A model generated the notes under the pieces. It saw nothing but the letters and a program-made list of their open reading frames with translations, searched no databases and had not been told where the DNA came from. Positions 38,081 to 47,949 of a DNA stretch of 64,000 bases are shown one piece after another (the stretch's first letter is position 1; each line of letters opens with the position of its first letter). A program made the position numbers and the translations under genes. The stretch comes from Arenicellales bacterium. GTDB taxonomy: Bacteria > Pseudomonadota > Gammaproteobacteria > Arenicellales > JAJDZL01. The DNA is taken from contig OZ242211.1 of NCBI GenBank assembly GCA_965206345.1, positions 2,382,419 to 2,446,418 of the forward strand, given 5' to 3'.

Positions 38081-38944
38081 ATGATTAATGAATCAATCAA
38101 ACTACTCATTGTAGAGGGATACGCCCGTGAGTCTCGAGATACGCTTGCCGAGAGTGGCATGGCTTTGGCAAGTGATCTCTATAAATCGATGTTGCTGTCG
38201 ATTGCACCGAACGCCATCGTTGATATTGTGACACCTGCCGATGTTGACACTTCGTTGCCGGAGGGCGTTGCACTCAACTCCTATGATGGTGTTGCAATAA
38301 CCGGTTCCAATTTGTCCGTCCTTGACGACTCTAACCCCAGTGTTAGAAGACAGGTTGATTTTCAGAAAGAAATATTCGAACAGGGGGTGCCAAGCTTTGG
38401 CAGTTGCTGGGCATTGCAGGTTGGTACGGTTGCATCGGGTGGTGAGGTGCGAATTAATCCAAAAGGCAGGGAGATGGGGTTTGCCAGAAAAATTAAGTTG
38501 ACTGAAAGTGGATTGAATCATCCGTTGTACAAAGGCAAACCACTTGTTTTTGACGGTTTTGCCAGCCATGAAGATGAAGTCATCAGTACACCACCAAACT
38601 CCAAAATTTTGTCGGGCAATCATGTCTCAAGGGTACAGGCCATGGAGATTAGTTGTGGCAAGGGGAAAATGTGGGCTCTTCAGTATCATCCGGAATATGA
38701 CACTGGAGAGTTGGCATCGCTGATTCGATGTCGCGAAGAAAGACTGATTCGAATGGGATTTTTTGGTGATTCAGAGAGTCTGCACGAGTACACCAAAAAA
38801 CTCGATATCCTGCGGGATGATCCTCAACGCAAAGATACGGCGTGGGAACTAGGAATTGATACAGATATTCTTGACAAGAACGTACGTCAGTTGGAAGTCA
38901 AAAACTGGATTGAGGGTTTGGTACTTCCAAACGTAATCCACTAA
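38081..38944 (+). CDS. Class I glutamine amidotransferase-domain protein
   Basis: ATG at 38081; YDGVAITGS, GSCWALQ nucleophile and QYHPEY. Confidence 0.85.
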   Translation: MINESIKLLIVEGYARESRDTLAESGMALASDLYKSMLLSIAPNAIVDIVTPADVDTSLPEGVALNSYDGVAITGSNLSVLDDSNPSVRRQVDFQKEIFEQGVPSFGSCWALQVGTVASGGEVRINPKGREMGFARKIKLTESGLNHPLYKGKPLVFDGFASHEDEVISTPPNSKILSGNHVSRVQAMEISCGKGKMWALQYHPEYDTGELASLIRCREERLIRMGFFGDSESLHEYTKKLDILRDDPQRKDTAWELGIDTDILDKNVRQLEVKNWIEGLVLPNVIH

Positions 38945-39088
38945 GGCGGAATAGTCTAACCATTCCTCTGAATAAATTCCACCCAATTGTTCTGACAAGG
39001 ATTATTGCATTCGCCATGTAGTGCTCCCAATGACAAATTGGGTTGCATAAAACAATGAATTACGAACGAAAAATACGAAGATGTACTT

Positions 39089-40459
39089 TTATGATGGCAA
39101 CTCGCGTAAGGTGTCATCCAGAGCATCGGCAGCAATTTCAATCAAGTCATCAATCTGAGACCTGGAAATAATCAACGGCGGTGAGAGAACCATCGAATCC
39201 TCAACCGCTCGCATAATCAGGCCTCGATTTGCTGCATGATCCCGACAGCGGATTCCGACTTTTAAATCCGATTGAAAACGCTGGTGTGTTGCTTTGTCTT
39301 CAACCAGTTCAATTCCAGCAATCAGTCCGACGCCTCGTACTTCTCCGACAAGAGGATGGTGGTTAAGTTCCGCCAGTCGACTCTGAAAATAGGGGCCTAT
39401 ATCAGCCCCGACTTTATCCACTATCCCTTCTTCAGATAAGAGGCGAATATTCTCAGAAGCCACCGCACAAGAAACCGGGTGTCCGGAATAGGTGAACCCG
39501 TGTGCGAATTCCCCACCGTCTTCGATCATAACTGACGCTACATCGTCCGACACCATAACACCCGCAATGGGCAGATAACCCGAAGACAGACCTTTAGCCA
39601 ATACCATCAGATCCGGCTTAAGACTGAAATAGTCTGTTGCAAACCACTTACCGGTTCGACCGAAACCGCAGATTACTTCATCAGCAACAAACAGAATCTC
39701 GTAAGCTTGACAAATTCTGGAAACTTCATTCCAGTATGTCTGTGTGGGTACGATAACGCCTCCTGCTCCCTGAATCGGTTCTGCGATGAAAGCAGCAACG
39801 TTCTCAATGCCCAGCTCAAGGATTTTCTCCTCAAGACTCTGAGCCGTTTTTTTACCGAACTCGTCGGGATCAAGATCACCGCCTTCCTGATACCAGTAAG
39901 GTTGCTGAATATGCTCGATGTTGGGAATCGGGATGCCTGATTCGTGCATGGCGGACATGCCACCCAGACTTGCCGCTCCGAAAGTACTGCCGTGATATGC
40001 ATTGGTACGACTGATAACGACAGTCTTCGATTCCTGGCCTTGAAGGGTCCAATAGCGACGAACCATTCGAATCACAGTGTCATTTGCTTCCGGTCCAGAA
40101 TTGGTGAGGAAAACGTGATTGAATTGGGACGGTGTAATATGCGCCAGACGTTGTGACAACTCGATCACCGGTGGATGAGATGTCATGAAAAAAGTGTTGT
40201 AGTAGGGTAATTTTCGAAGTTGACCAGTTGCAGCTTCAATAAGCTCTTCACGTCCATACCCAATATTGACGCACCAAAGACCAGCCATTCCATCGATGAT
40301 CTTGTTGCCATCTGAGTCCCAAACATAAACACCTTCAGCATCCGTAATGATTCTGCTGCCAACTTTGTGAAGATGATTGGTATCTGTAAATGGGTGAAGA
40401 TGAAACTCGTTGTCGATTTTCTGAAGTTCTCTGGTGTTGAGTAGTTGGAGATCGTTCAT
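39089..40459 (-). CDS. Class III omega-aminotransferase (SpuC / putrescine-pyruvate type)
   Basis: HLHPFTD, DGMAGLWCVNIGYG, FIAEPIQGAGG, DEVICGFGRTG and AKGLSSGYLP. Confidence 0.88.
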   Translation of the reverse strand: MNDLQLLNTRELQKIDNEFHLHPFTDTNHLHKVGSRIITDAEGVYVWDSDGNKIIDGMAGLWCVNIGYGREELIEAATGQLRKLPYYNTFFMTSHPPVIELSQRLAHITPSQFNHVFLTNSGPEANDTVIRMVRRYWTLQGQESKTVVISRTNAYHGSTFGAASLGGMSAMHESGIPIPNIEHIQQPYWYQEGGDLDPDEFGKKTAQSLEEKILELGIENVAAFIAEPIQGAGGVIVPTQTYWNEVSRICQAYEILFVADEVICGFGRTGKWFATDYFSLKPDLMVLAKGLSSGYLPIAGVMVSDDVASVMIEDGGEFAHGFTYSGHPVSCAVASENIRLLSEEGIVDKVGADIGPYFQSRLAELNHHPLVGEVRGVGLIAGIELVEDKATHQRFQSDLKVGIRCRDHAANRGLIMRAVEDSMVLSPPLIISRSQIDDLIEIAADALDDTLRELPS

Positions 40460-40582
40460 TTTTTTCTGGTGGTTAACGCTGTTGATAACGGGCAGAAGCC
40501 AGCGACTCTGTCAAGCCGATTAATCTACTTCGAGACGTGGTTGAAAAATGTTAATAAATCAGCGTGGTCTGAAAAGAGAATT

Positions 40583-41218
40583 TCAGTGAAGACGCGGATC
40601 GTCGATTAGTATTGCTTCTCGCTTGTATGGAGTGAAGCCGGCCTTTTGATAAATCGCTATGGCGTGTGGAGAGTCAAAGTTACAGCTATGCACCCATAAA
40701 CGTTTGGGCTCTTCCACCCAAGCTTTTTCGATAGTCCATTGAAGAAAGTACGATCCTAGTCCACGACCGATAAATTCCGGCATCAAACCGTAATAGGCCA
40801 GTTCAATTTCATCTTTCTGACGACTGTCTAGTTCACTAAATCCAGCAGGGGTGCCATTGACATACAGGACAAAAACTTGAACCTTTTTGTGCTGAATGAT
40901 TGATTCGAGCTGCGCATCAGCCATTTGATTTCTTTCGTACCACAGCCATTCCTCTCCCACGCTTTGATACAAAAAGCGATAAAACCTAACGGTCGGTTTT
41001 TGGCTTCGAATTATGGAAATGTTTTCGGCTCGCTTTGACTGATGAGGAAATTTTGGCAACTTAAACATTTCCAGATAGGTGATGACCATTCGTAGCTGAC
41101 CCGGCGGAATTTCTTCGTGTTCAGCCCGCTCAATATTCTGTTTACCGCGCAGCAGCGTTACAGGATTGGATGATGAGTCGGAGTCGCTTGGCATGGTAAG
41201 CTTAAGGTGGTGCTTCAA
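40583..41218 (-). CDS. GNAT family acetyltransferase
   Basis: GFSELD, ELAYYGLMPEFIGRGLG and HAIAIYQKAGF. The start may lie downstream of the one listed. Confidence 0.85.
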   Translation of the reverse strand: MKHHLKLTMPSDSDSSSNPVTLLRGKQNIERAEHEEIPPGQLRMVITYLEMFKLPKFPHQSKRAENISIIRSQKPTVRFYRFLYQSVGEEWLWYERNQMADAQLESIIQHKKVQVFVLYVNGTPAGFSELDSRQKDEIELAYYGLMPEFIGRGLGSYFLQWTIEKAWVEEPKRLWVHSCNFDSPHAIAIYQKAGFTPYKREAILIDDPRLH

Positions 41219-41344
41219 TCTTTTTATTTTACATGCCTTTGCAGATGATTAAGTAATGTAGTACAAATATTTCATCTATCTTATTGAATTTTTGGAGGAA
41301 ACCTGTCAATCAATAAACAACCCACGTGTTTCCTAGAATAGTGC

Positions 41345-41648
41345 ACAAAACACGCCACTGAGAAGGCTTGCAAGGAAACTTTGGTTCGTCAGCACTGGCG
41401 CAACGGATTCCTGTTCGAAGTACGATTAAGAACGTGCCTACCATCTGAATGACCGACATTTACGATAGTGAGCCAATTGACAGCAATAGGTGTCGCCAAC
41501 TGTCAGGACCAAATTCGAGTACAGCCAAGTTCCGCTGACCAAATGGTTCGCAGCGATTGATTTGATCAGTGCCGACAAATACGGCATTTCAGCACCGAGA
41601 CTATCGAAGATGATCGGGGTGCTTATAAACCGCGCAGCAGTGAACTGA
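41345..41648 (+). mobile_element. IS1595-family transposase N-terminal remnant (zinc-ribbon region), frameshifted
   Basis: TEKACKETLVRQHWRNGF, then PLTKWFAAIDLISADKYGISAPRLSKMIGV, match the IS1595 consensus. The DDE domain is absent. Confidence 0.8.
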
Positions 41649-41665
41649 TCAAAGAACTGACGAAA

Positions 41666-43210
41666 TTACTTGCGTGCACCCTGAACAAGACGATCAAGAA
41701 TCATGGCACAGAACAGGATGGAAAACCCTGCTAGAATTCCCTGCCCTACATTGGCGTATTGCAGTGCTTCCAAAACATCTTCACCTAAGCCCTTGGCACC
41801 GATCAATGACGCGACGACTACCATGGCCAGAGACAACATAATCGTTTGGTTGATTCCAGCTCGAATTGACGGGGCAGCCAACGGAAGGTCGACTCGCGTA
41901 AATAGGTAAAATTTACTAGCACCGAACGATATTGCTGCTTCGCGGACGCTCTCAGGAACTCCGCGCAATCCCAACACCGTAAGACGCACCACAGGGGTAC
42001 CACCAAAGATCATTGTAGTGACTACGGCGGCTGGTTTACCGGTCCCGAAGAAGGCAATCACCGGAATCATGAAAACGAATGCAGGCATGGTTTGCATGAA
42101 GTCCATGATCGGTTGAATAAAGGCGTAAAAACGAGGCCTACGTGCGCTGAACATTCCTAAAGGAATACCAATTACGATGGAAAGACATGCAGCGGTTCCG
42201 AGGAGTGCCAGAGTAGTCATGGCCTTATCCCAAAAGCCCAACAGTCCCATGTAGGTCAAGAACGCACCGGAATAAATTGCGGTACGAATGCCAGCCGTAA
42301 GCCATGTCAATAAGACAATAAAACTAAAGATTACGATCCATGGAGTACTGACGAAGACAAGCTCCAGAGCGTCGAGGATCAGGCGAATACCGTACGTGAT
42401 AAAATCGAACAACGCCTCACCTTGAGTTACACAGAAGGTAAAGAATGCCTCCACCCATACGATACCGGTAAGACGAATATCGGGATCAGTGGGAAATTCA
42501 GCTAAGGTATCCAGCTGTCCAGGGAAGCTGTAGTGGTACATGGCTGTGCCAACAATCACAGCCATAAAAAGTGTACTCAATATTACTTGCCGGAGGGACA
42601 CGCCAGACCGGATACTTCTGTCGGATAACCATTCCGAAAACCTCGCTTCTAGTGCTGAATTAGCGATTACAGATTGTGCGAATTTAACAGCGATTAAAAT
42701 GATCAAGCCGGTTAACGCAATCCAAATTCCCTGATCCGCAATTTCCTGTGCCTCCAATCTAATTCCTTCAATCGAATCTTCTAAAGATTTAACTGTACGT
42801 TTGTAGACATCGACCTTGTCGGACTGGGACTCAATTGCTGAAGCCAACTGCTGACGACGCAATTCCAGGGTACCTTCAATCGACTCGATCCGGGCCCGCG
42901 CATCAGCCGCCAAGTCACCAATCAGTCCACGTGCAATCTGCACATAACCCAGTGTTTCGATAATTAAAAAAGGCAAAGCCCACATCCACAGCCCGCGAGC
43001 ACCAAACCAGATAGGTCCAAGCATTCCGGCAGACGCGTTAATTGTTGGTGTAAAGCGAGAACTACCACCGATCTTGTCAAATTGTTTGATGTAGTAGTCT
43101 GGTTTGGTTTGCACGAAGGTACGAATGTTGTCCAGACGTTCCTCAGCAAATTTTTCTGCAACTTTGAAATCGATAGCATCATCAAGTTGGGTTTGTATTG
43201 ATTCTGTCAT
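41666..43210 (-). CDS. ProW-family ABC permease with long N-terminal extension
   Basis: C-terminal half has DFMQTMPAFVF, ESVREAA and RAGINQTIMLSLAMVV. About 230 extra N-terminal residues include a coiled-coil-like segment. Confidence 0.88.
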   Translation of the reverse strand: MTESIQTQLDDAIDFKVAEKFAEERLDNIRTFVQTKPDYYIKQFDKIGGSSRFTPTINASAGMLGPIWFGARGLWMWALPFLIIETLGYVQIARGLIGDLAADARARIESIEGTLELRRQQLASAIESQSDKVDVYKRTVKSLEDSIEGIRLEAQEIADQGIWIALTGLIILIAVKFAQSVIANSALEARFSEWLSDRSIRSGVSLRQVILSTLFMAVIVGTAMYHYSFPGQLDTLAEFPTDPDIRLTGIVWVEAFFTFCVTQGEALFDFITYGIRLILDALELVFVSTPWIVIFSFIVLLTWLTAGIRTAIYSGAFLTYMGLLGFWDKAMTTLALLGTAACLSIVIGIPLGMFSARRPRFYAFIQPIMDFMQTMPAFVFMIPVIAFFGTGKPAAVVTTMIFGGTPVVRLTVLGLRGVPESVREAAISFGASKFYLFTRVDLPLAAPSIRAGINQTIMLSLAMVVVASLIGAKGLGEDVLEALQYANVGQGILAGFSILFCAMILDRLVQGARK

Positions 43211-44283
43211 GACACATCGGCTCCTTCTATCACGGTACGTAAAATGTCTTTCCTGGTGATGACACCGACATCGGTATTCCCACTCTGCACCAGGATTGCT
43301 GAATCGCTGTCGATTGCCATTTCAATGAGTTTACTAAGCATCTCGTCTTCACTGACTCGTTGCGTATCGGCGGGCAGGGGGGCGTTGTTGGCTAGATATT
43401 CGTCCAGCGGTTGCATGACGACGTGCGCACGTACAATCTTTAGTCGGGAAATACCTGCCACAAAATCGGCCACATAGTCGTCAGCCGGGTTCATCACAAT
43501 ATCTTCGGCTGTACCGATCTGAACCACTCTTCCGTCATGCATAATCGCTATGCGGTTCCCGATTCGCACAGCTTCGTCCAGATCATGAGTGATGAACACA
43601 GTTGTCTTTTTCATTATTTTTGACAGTCTGAGAAATTCATCCTGCAACTGTCGTCGGATCAGGGGATCAAGTGCGCTGAATGGTTCGTCCATCAATAGAA
43701 CATCGGGATTGGCAGCCAATGCTCGTGCAAGGCCGACACGTTGCTGCATCCCTCCAGACAACTCATGGGCAAACTTACTGCCCCATGCCCCCAGTTCGAC
43801 AATATCGAGGATCGCCGCCGCATGACGCATCCGATCATTCTTGCTCATCTGCCGAATTTCCAAAGGCATCGCCACATTGTCGAGAACCGATCTGTGTGGC
43901 AATAGTGCAAAATTCTGGAATACCATCCCGATTCTGCGATTTCGAAATTGTTGCAACTCCGCGGGTTTCAGAGCCATCACATCGGTCCCTTCGATCTCGA
44001 TCTTCCCTGCACTAGGTTCCAGCAAGCGATTGAAGTGGCGCACAAGGGTTGACTTACCGCTGCCTGACAGCCCCATAACACAAAAAATCTCACCCCGATT
44101 GACGCTGAGGCTGACATCGGCGACGCCAACCACCGCATTGTATTGTGCAAGCGTTTCCGCTTTCGTCAGCCCTTCCTCCTGAACAGCCCGCATAGCTTCA
44201 ACAGCTTTCGTTCCAAAGACTTTCCAGACATTCGAAATCTTAATGACAATGTCTTCTATCGTATCTGGCGAATCGACTGACAC
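43207..44283 (-). CDS. ProV-family ABC ATPase (quaternary amine/osmolyte uptake)
   Basis: VMGLSGSGKST, LSGGMQQR and LLMDEPFSALDP, plus a C-terminal CBS-like region. Confidence 0.92.
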   Translation of the reverse strand: MSVDSPDTIEDIVIKISNVWKVFGTKAVEAMRAVQEEGLTKAETLAQYNAVVGVADVSLSVNRGEIFCVMGLSGSGKSTLVRHFNRLLEPSAGKIEIEGTDVMALKPAELQQFRNRRIGMVFQNFALLPHRSVLDNVAMPLEIRQMSKNDRMRHAAAILDIVELGAWGSKFAHELSGGMQQRVGLARALAANPDVLLMDEPFSALDPLIRRQLQDEFLRLSKIMKKTTVFITHDLDEAVRIGNRIAIMHDGRVVQIGTAEDIVMNPADDYVADFVAGISRLKIVRAHVVMQPLDEYLANNAPLPADTQRVSEDEMLSKLIEMAIDSDSAILVQSGNTDVGVITRKDILRTVIEGADVS

Positions 44284-44323
44284 TAGGCTAGGTCCACTTC
44301 AATGAGATGAATTTATTGTTGAA

Positions 44324-44357
44324 ATAACACCTGGAGCACTCATGCTCCAGGTGTTAT
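44324..44357. terminator. 15-bp perfect stem-loop between the proX-like and proV-like genes
   Basis: ataacacctggagca-ctca-tgctccaggtgttat. Confidence 0.65.
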
Positions 44358-44384
44358 CAATTGCTTATTTCTAGCTGTTGCGAA

Positions 44385-45350
44385 TTAAAGCCCAAGCCAG
44401 GCGTCTACGCGATCAGGATTGTTGTTAACCCATTCTACCGCGACATCTCTCGCATCGCGGCCTTTCCCTGAGACTTCAAAGGCAAAGCCACTGACATCAT
44501 CCGCGGTGAGTGCGAATCGCTCGAAAAACTCGACAATTGCAGGTGATCGATCCGCCAGGGAGTTGGACCAGGCAATTTGAACGTTTTTCAGTGCATCTTT
44601 GCTGGCAACCATCGATTGTTCATACCAATCAGGGGAGTCAGATGGTTGCAACATGATGTATTTTTCTGGATCGTAAGCTGGTTCACTCAGCATTTTCACA
44701 TCAAACATGAACCAGATCGCATGTGGTTTGTAGCAGTAGAAAGCATATCCCTCGCCCTTGGCGATCGAGTCCTTGACGCGTGCAGTTTTTACACTTTCCT
44801 CGGCTCGAATTGGCTCGATGAAGTCCAATAAACCATAGTCGCGCACCTTGACTTCATTTACATTGGCTGAGGCCCAACCTGGGGCACCGATCCACATCTC
44901 TCCTCGCCCGTTGCCGTCACTGTCCATTAGTGCTGCAACTTCGGGACGTCCCAGATCGGCAATGTCTGTAATGGAGTTTGCTTCTCCGAAATTCTTGGAA
45001 ACGCAAAAACCTTGGTTTCCTTCATAGGGATTGCTTGACAAAGTAACCGTGCCCGCACCATCCACGTATTTCTTGGTAAAACTCTCTTGGTTTGGAAGCC
45101 AAACGTCTGGGTGCACGTCAATATCGCCTTTACCCTGGTCCATTGCCTGGAAGATCGTCGCATTGTTACCAGGTACGAGTTCGGCCTTTCCGCCAATACG
45201 CATTTCGACGACAGTTGCCAGCAAATTGGCAATTGCTTGGGCACCAGTCCATGACGGTACGCCAATTTTTACTTCCTCAGCTGCAAATGCTGGGGCGGTA
45301 CAGATGGTGACCGCTACAGCCAATACCATTGCTTTAAATTTTGATTTCAT
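44385..45350 (-). CDS. ProX/OpuAC-family substrate-binding protein
   Basis: ATG at 45350 with GGAG RBS; Sec signal; DVHPDVWLPN, WIGAPGW and FYCYKPH. Confidence 0.88.
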   Translation of the reverse strand: MKSKFKAMVLAVAVTICTAPAFAAEEVKIGVPSWTGAQAIANLLATVVEMRIGGKAELVPGNNATIFQAMDQGKGDIDVHPDVWLPNQESFTKKYVDGAGTVTLSSNPYEGNQGFCVSKNFGEANSITDIADLGRPEVAALMDSDGNGRGEMWIGAPGWASANVNEVKVRDYGLLDFIEPIRAEESVKTARVKDSIAKGEGYAFYCYKPHAIWFMFDVKMLSEPAYDPEKYIMLQPSDSPDWYEQSMVASKDALKNVQIAWSNSLADRSPAIVEFFERFALTADDVSGFAFEVSGKGRDARDVAVEWVNNNPDRVDAWLGL

Positions 45351-45849
45351 AGTTTTCTCCGAATTGAAGTCAATACCGGTTTTTTCCGGCGTTTGGTGAT
45401 TTCGGGACAAGTCTTTGTCCGAGCGAAAAGGTAACTATATATTACGAGTATACAGAGTTGCTAAAATTCAGCACTGTTGTAGATCCATGAGCCTAGTAAA
45501 GTCGTAGTATGGAAGCGTGTTGCCACTCGAATACTGCGCACATCTGTACGTACGCGATAGTGAAGGGTATCCTATCTTAATTGACTGACGGCAATCCCGC
45601 AAATACCTGCTGTATCTGCAAAAGAGTCAACACCGAGAAGAATTTGAATGCTGGGGCTCTTACCTTCGAATCCGAGACTTTCTAACTTGCGAGAAATTTT
45701 AAGTGATCAGAAAAATTTGAATGATTTTAGAACACCAAACAGCAAAGTCTTGAAATTGATCAACCTTTCTGAACAATCAAAATTGCATTGTTGAACTTAG
45801 ATTTCAATTTGCAAGGATAGGATAGAAGAGATTACCGAACCGCAGAACT

Positions 45850-46524
45850 TCACTTTGATGTTTCAGCAATCTCCGTTTCAGATTTAACTGCCTGTTTGAT
45901 TGGCGGCGGCTCTTTGTGTACAGCATGGGGTGGCCATAGATCACCAAGATTGAAGCTGATCGCCTCAAATGGCAGCAGCGAAACTGGAGCGTCATCGAAT
46001 AACTTGTCCATCAATACCCACTCAGTGTCGCGCAACTCATATGCTTCCAACGAATGGGCATCCGGATCCACCAACCAAAGATAGGCAACACCTTCACGGG
46101 CATAGCCCGCTTTTTTACCACCGAGGTCAAGCGCGCGAGTTGAAGGTGAAAGCACCTCGCACACCCAGTCCGGAGCCAACGTAAGGTAGGCGGTGGTTGG
46201 TAACTCAAGCATTCGCCCACGCCGCCATCCTGCGATATTGGGCACCAGAATATCCTCTCCCAGATGTAATTCAGGCTCAATGAGAATCCACCAGCCATCA
46301 GGTCCACCGCGACCTTTGTGATAAGGTGAACCAATGCAAATTCGAAGCTCCGAAATAGCGAAGGAGTGTCGAGGGGCCGGTCTTGGCTGGGTGTAGAGCG
46401 TACCGTCGACAATTTCTGCAACCATATGCGGCGGGGCATCCAGCACGTCCTGATAGGTCGCCCGAGTTGATGTTGGCTTGGAATTGACTGTCTGCGATTT
46501 AGTCATTGTGTCTTGAAAATTCAA
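45850..46524 (-). CDS. Uma2-family (PD-(D/E)XK fold) putative endonuclease
   Basis: AEIVDG, WILIEPELHL, VPNIAGW, APDWVCEVLSPST and YLWLVDP. The usual PD Asp appears as PN. Confidence 0.88.
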   Translation of the reverse strand: MNFQDTMTKSQTVNSKPTSTRATYQDVLDAPPHMVAEIVDGTLYTQPRPAPRHSFAISELRICIGSPYHKGRGGPDGWWILIEPELHLGEDILVPNIAGWRRGRMLELPTTAYLTLAPDWVCEVLSPSTRALDLGGKKAGYAREGVAYLWLVDPDAHSLEAYELRDTEWVLMDKLFDDAPVSLLPFEAISFNLGDLWPPHAVHKEPPPIKQAVKSETEIAETSK

Positions 46525-46817
46525 AGATGTTGCAGTTCCATTTTATTCGAAGTGTGTGGCAGTCAATTATCCCTCTAATATCCGATTGATTGCACTCAAT
46601 TGTCCAAGTGGCTAGTGTAGCTAATGAACACAGAAAAATCTCCAACTTCAAAAATTGGAACTCACACAATAAATTTTCGTCTAGGCTTGCTGGACGATGC
46701 TGAAATGACTTTTTTGCCAGGTGAGTGATAGCAAGTGTGCGAACGCTCTGGTAATCCCTTAAAATTTCATTTGATCAGTTTGCTGATTTAAATCGTAATA
46801 TGCCTAGGGAAGTTTAA

Positions 46818-47297
46818 ATGGAATTATCTGGAAGCACGATTGTGCCATATCCACGGGATGTCGTTTGGCAATCGCTCTATGATGCGGAAACCATGCGGCG
46901 CTCAATTTCCGGTTGTATAGAGTTGGAGTGGATATCAGAAAACGAACTTCAGGGAAAAATCAAGAAAAAATTTGGTCCCGTAAAAGCTACATTTCCGCTT
47001 AATTTATCGGTCAGCGATGTGGTGCAATTCGAAAGTTACACCATGCAAGGTTCGTCAAAAGGTGGTTCGTTTGGCTATGTTAACGGTGAAGCGAAATTTA
47101 AACTGGTCGATGCAGACGAAGGCTGTGAATTCTTCTATGAGGCTGAAGTCAAAATGGGTGGTAAATTGGCTCAGATCGGTTCGCGGTTGATGAGCAGCGC
47201 AGCAAAAAAAATCGTTGGAGATTTTTTCGAGGCTCTTTTAGCAGAAATTGAGTCCCAGAATTCTCCCGAAACTGATCGGGAGAAAGAATCGGATTGA
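46818..47297 (+). CDS. coxG: CoxG family (SRPBCC) protein
   Basis: ISGC, GPVKATF and VKMGGKLAQIGSRLM; directly before coxS. Confidence 0.85.
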   Translation: MELSGSTIVPYPRDVVWQSLYDAETMRRSISGCIELEWISENELQGKIKKKFGPVKATFPLNLSVSDVVQFESYTMQGSSKGGSFGYVNGEAKFKLVDADEGCEFFYEAEVKMGGKLAQIGSRLMSSAAKKIVGDFFEALLAEIESQNSPETDREKESD

Positions 47298-47473
47298 AAT
47301 CGGTGAGATCAAGCACAAGCTAAGATATCGCTAAGTTGCCCCAATCACCGAATAATTCATTAAAATTGCTTGAAGAAATTCATTTGAAACAAGTACTCGA
47401 TTCGTTGCTAAATAGTTCGAGAATGGACGGTTTGAGCTAGAAATCTAGGAAATTTACAAGAGGAGGGCAGTTT

Positions 47474-47947
47474 ATGACTGTATCAATTTCAATGACGATT
47501 AACGGACGCAGTGTGTCAGCCGATGTTGATTCACGGACTCTGTTGGTCGATTTTTTGCGGGTAAACCAGCGATTGACAGGCACGCATGTCGGATGTGACA
47601 CTAGTCAGTGTGGCGCATGTGTCATTCATGTGAATGGGAAGTCCGTCAAGAGTTGTACGATGCTCGCGGCTCAAGCAAACGGTGCGGATGTCACGACCAT
47701 TGAAGGCGTTGCCAATGGCAGTGAATTACATCCGATGCAGGAGGCGTTTCGCGAAAATCATGGTTTGCAGTGTGGATTCTGTACACCTGGCATGATCATG
47801 AGCGCATTGGATCTAGTCAACGTAAATGCTGACCCTTCCGAGCAGGAAGTTCGGGAGTGGCTGGAAGGTAACTTGTGTCGATGCACGGGTTATCACAATA
47901 TTGTTAAATCGATACAGGCTGGCGCTAAAGCCATGCGGGAGGCATAA
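47474..47947 (+). CDS. coxS: Molybdenum hydroxylase small (2Fe-2S) subunit, form II cox
   Basis: [18 protein letters not shown] and CRCTGY. Confidence 0.92.
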   Translation: MTVSISMTINGRSVSADVDSRTLLVDFLRVNQRLTGTHVGCDTSQCGACVIHVNGKSVKSCTMLAAQANGADVTTIEGVANGSELHPMQEAFRENHGLQCGFCTPGMIMSALDLVNVNADPSEQEVREWLEGNLCRCTGYHNIVKSIQAGAKAMREA

Positions 47948-47949
47948 GA

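Noticed and set aside
36879-41265. Shared TGTAGTAC near the outer ends of both IS1595 remnants as terminal inverted repeats
   Set aside because: The match is only 8 bp with non-matching flanks, within chance expectation.
45411-45849. Riboswitch upstream of the proX-like gene
   Set aside because: Only short hairpins are present; no glycine, SAM, TPP or cobalamin consensus was recognisable. An Rfam/Infernal scan would be decisive.
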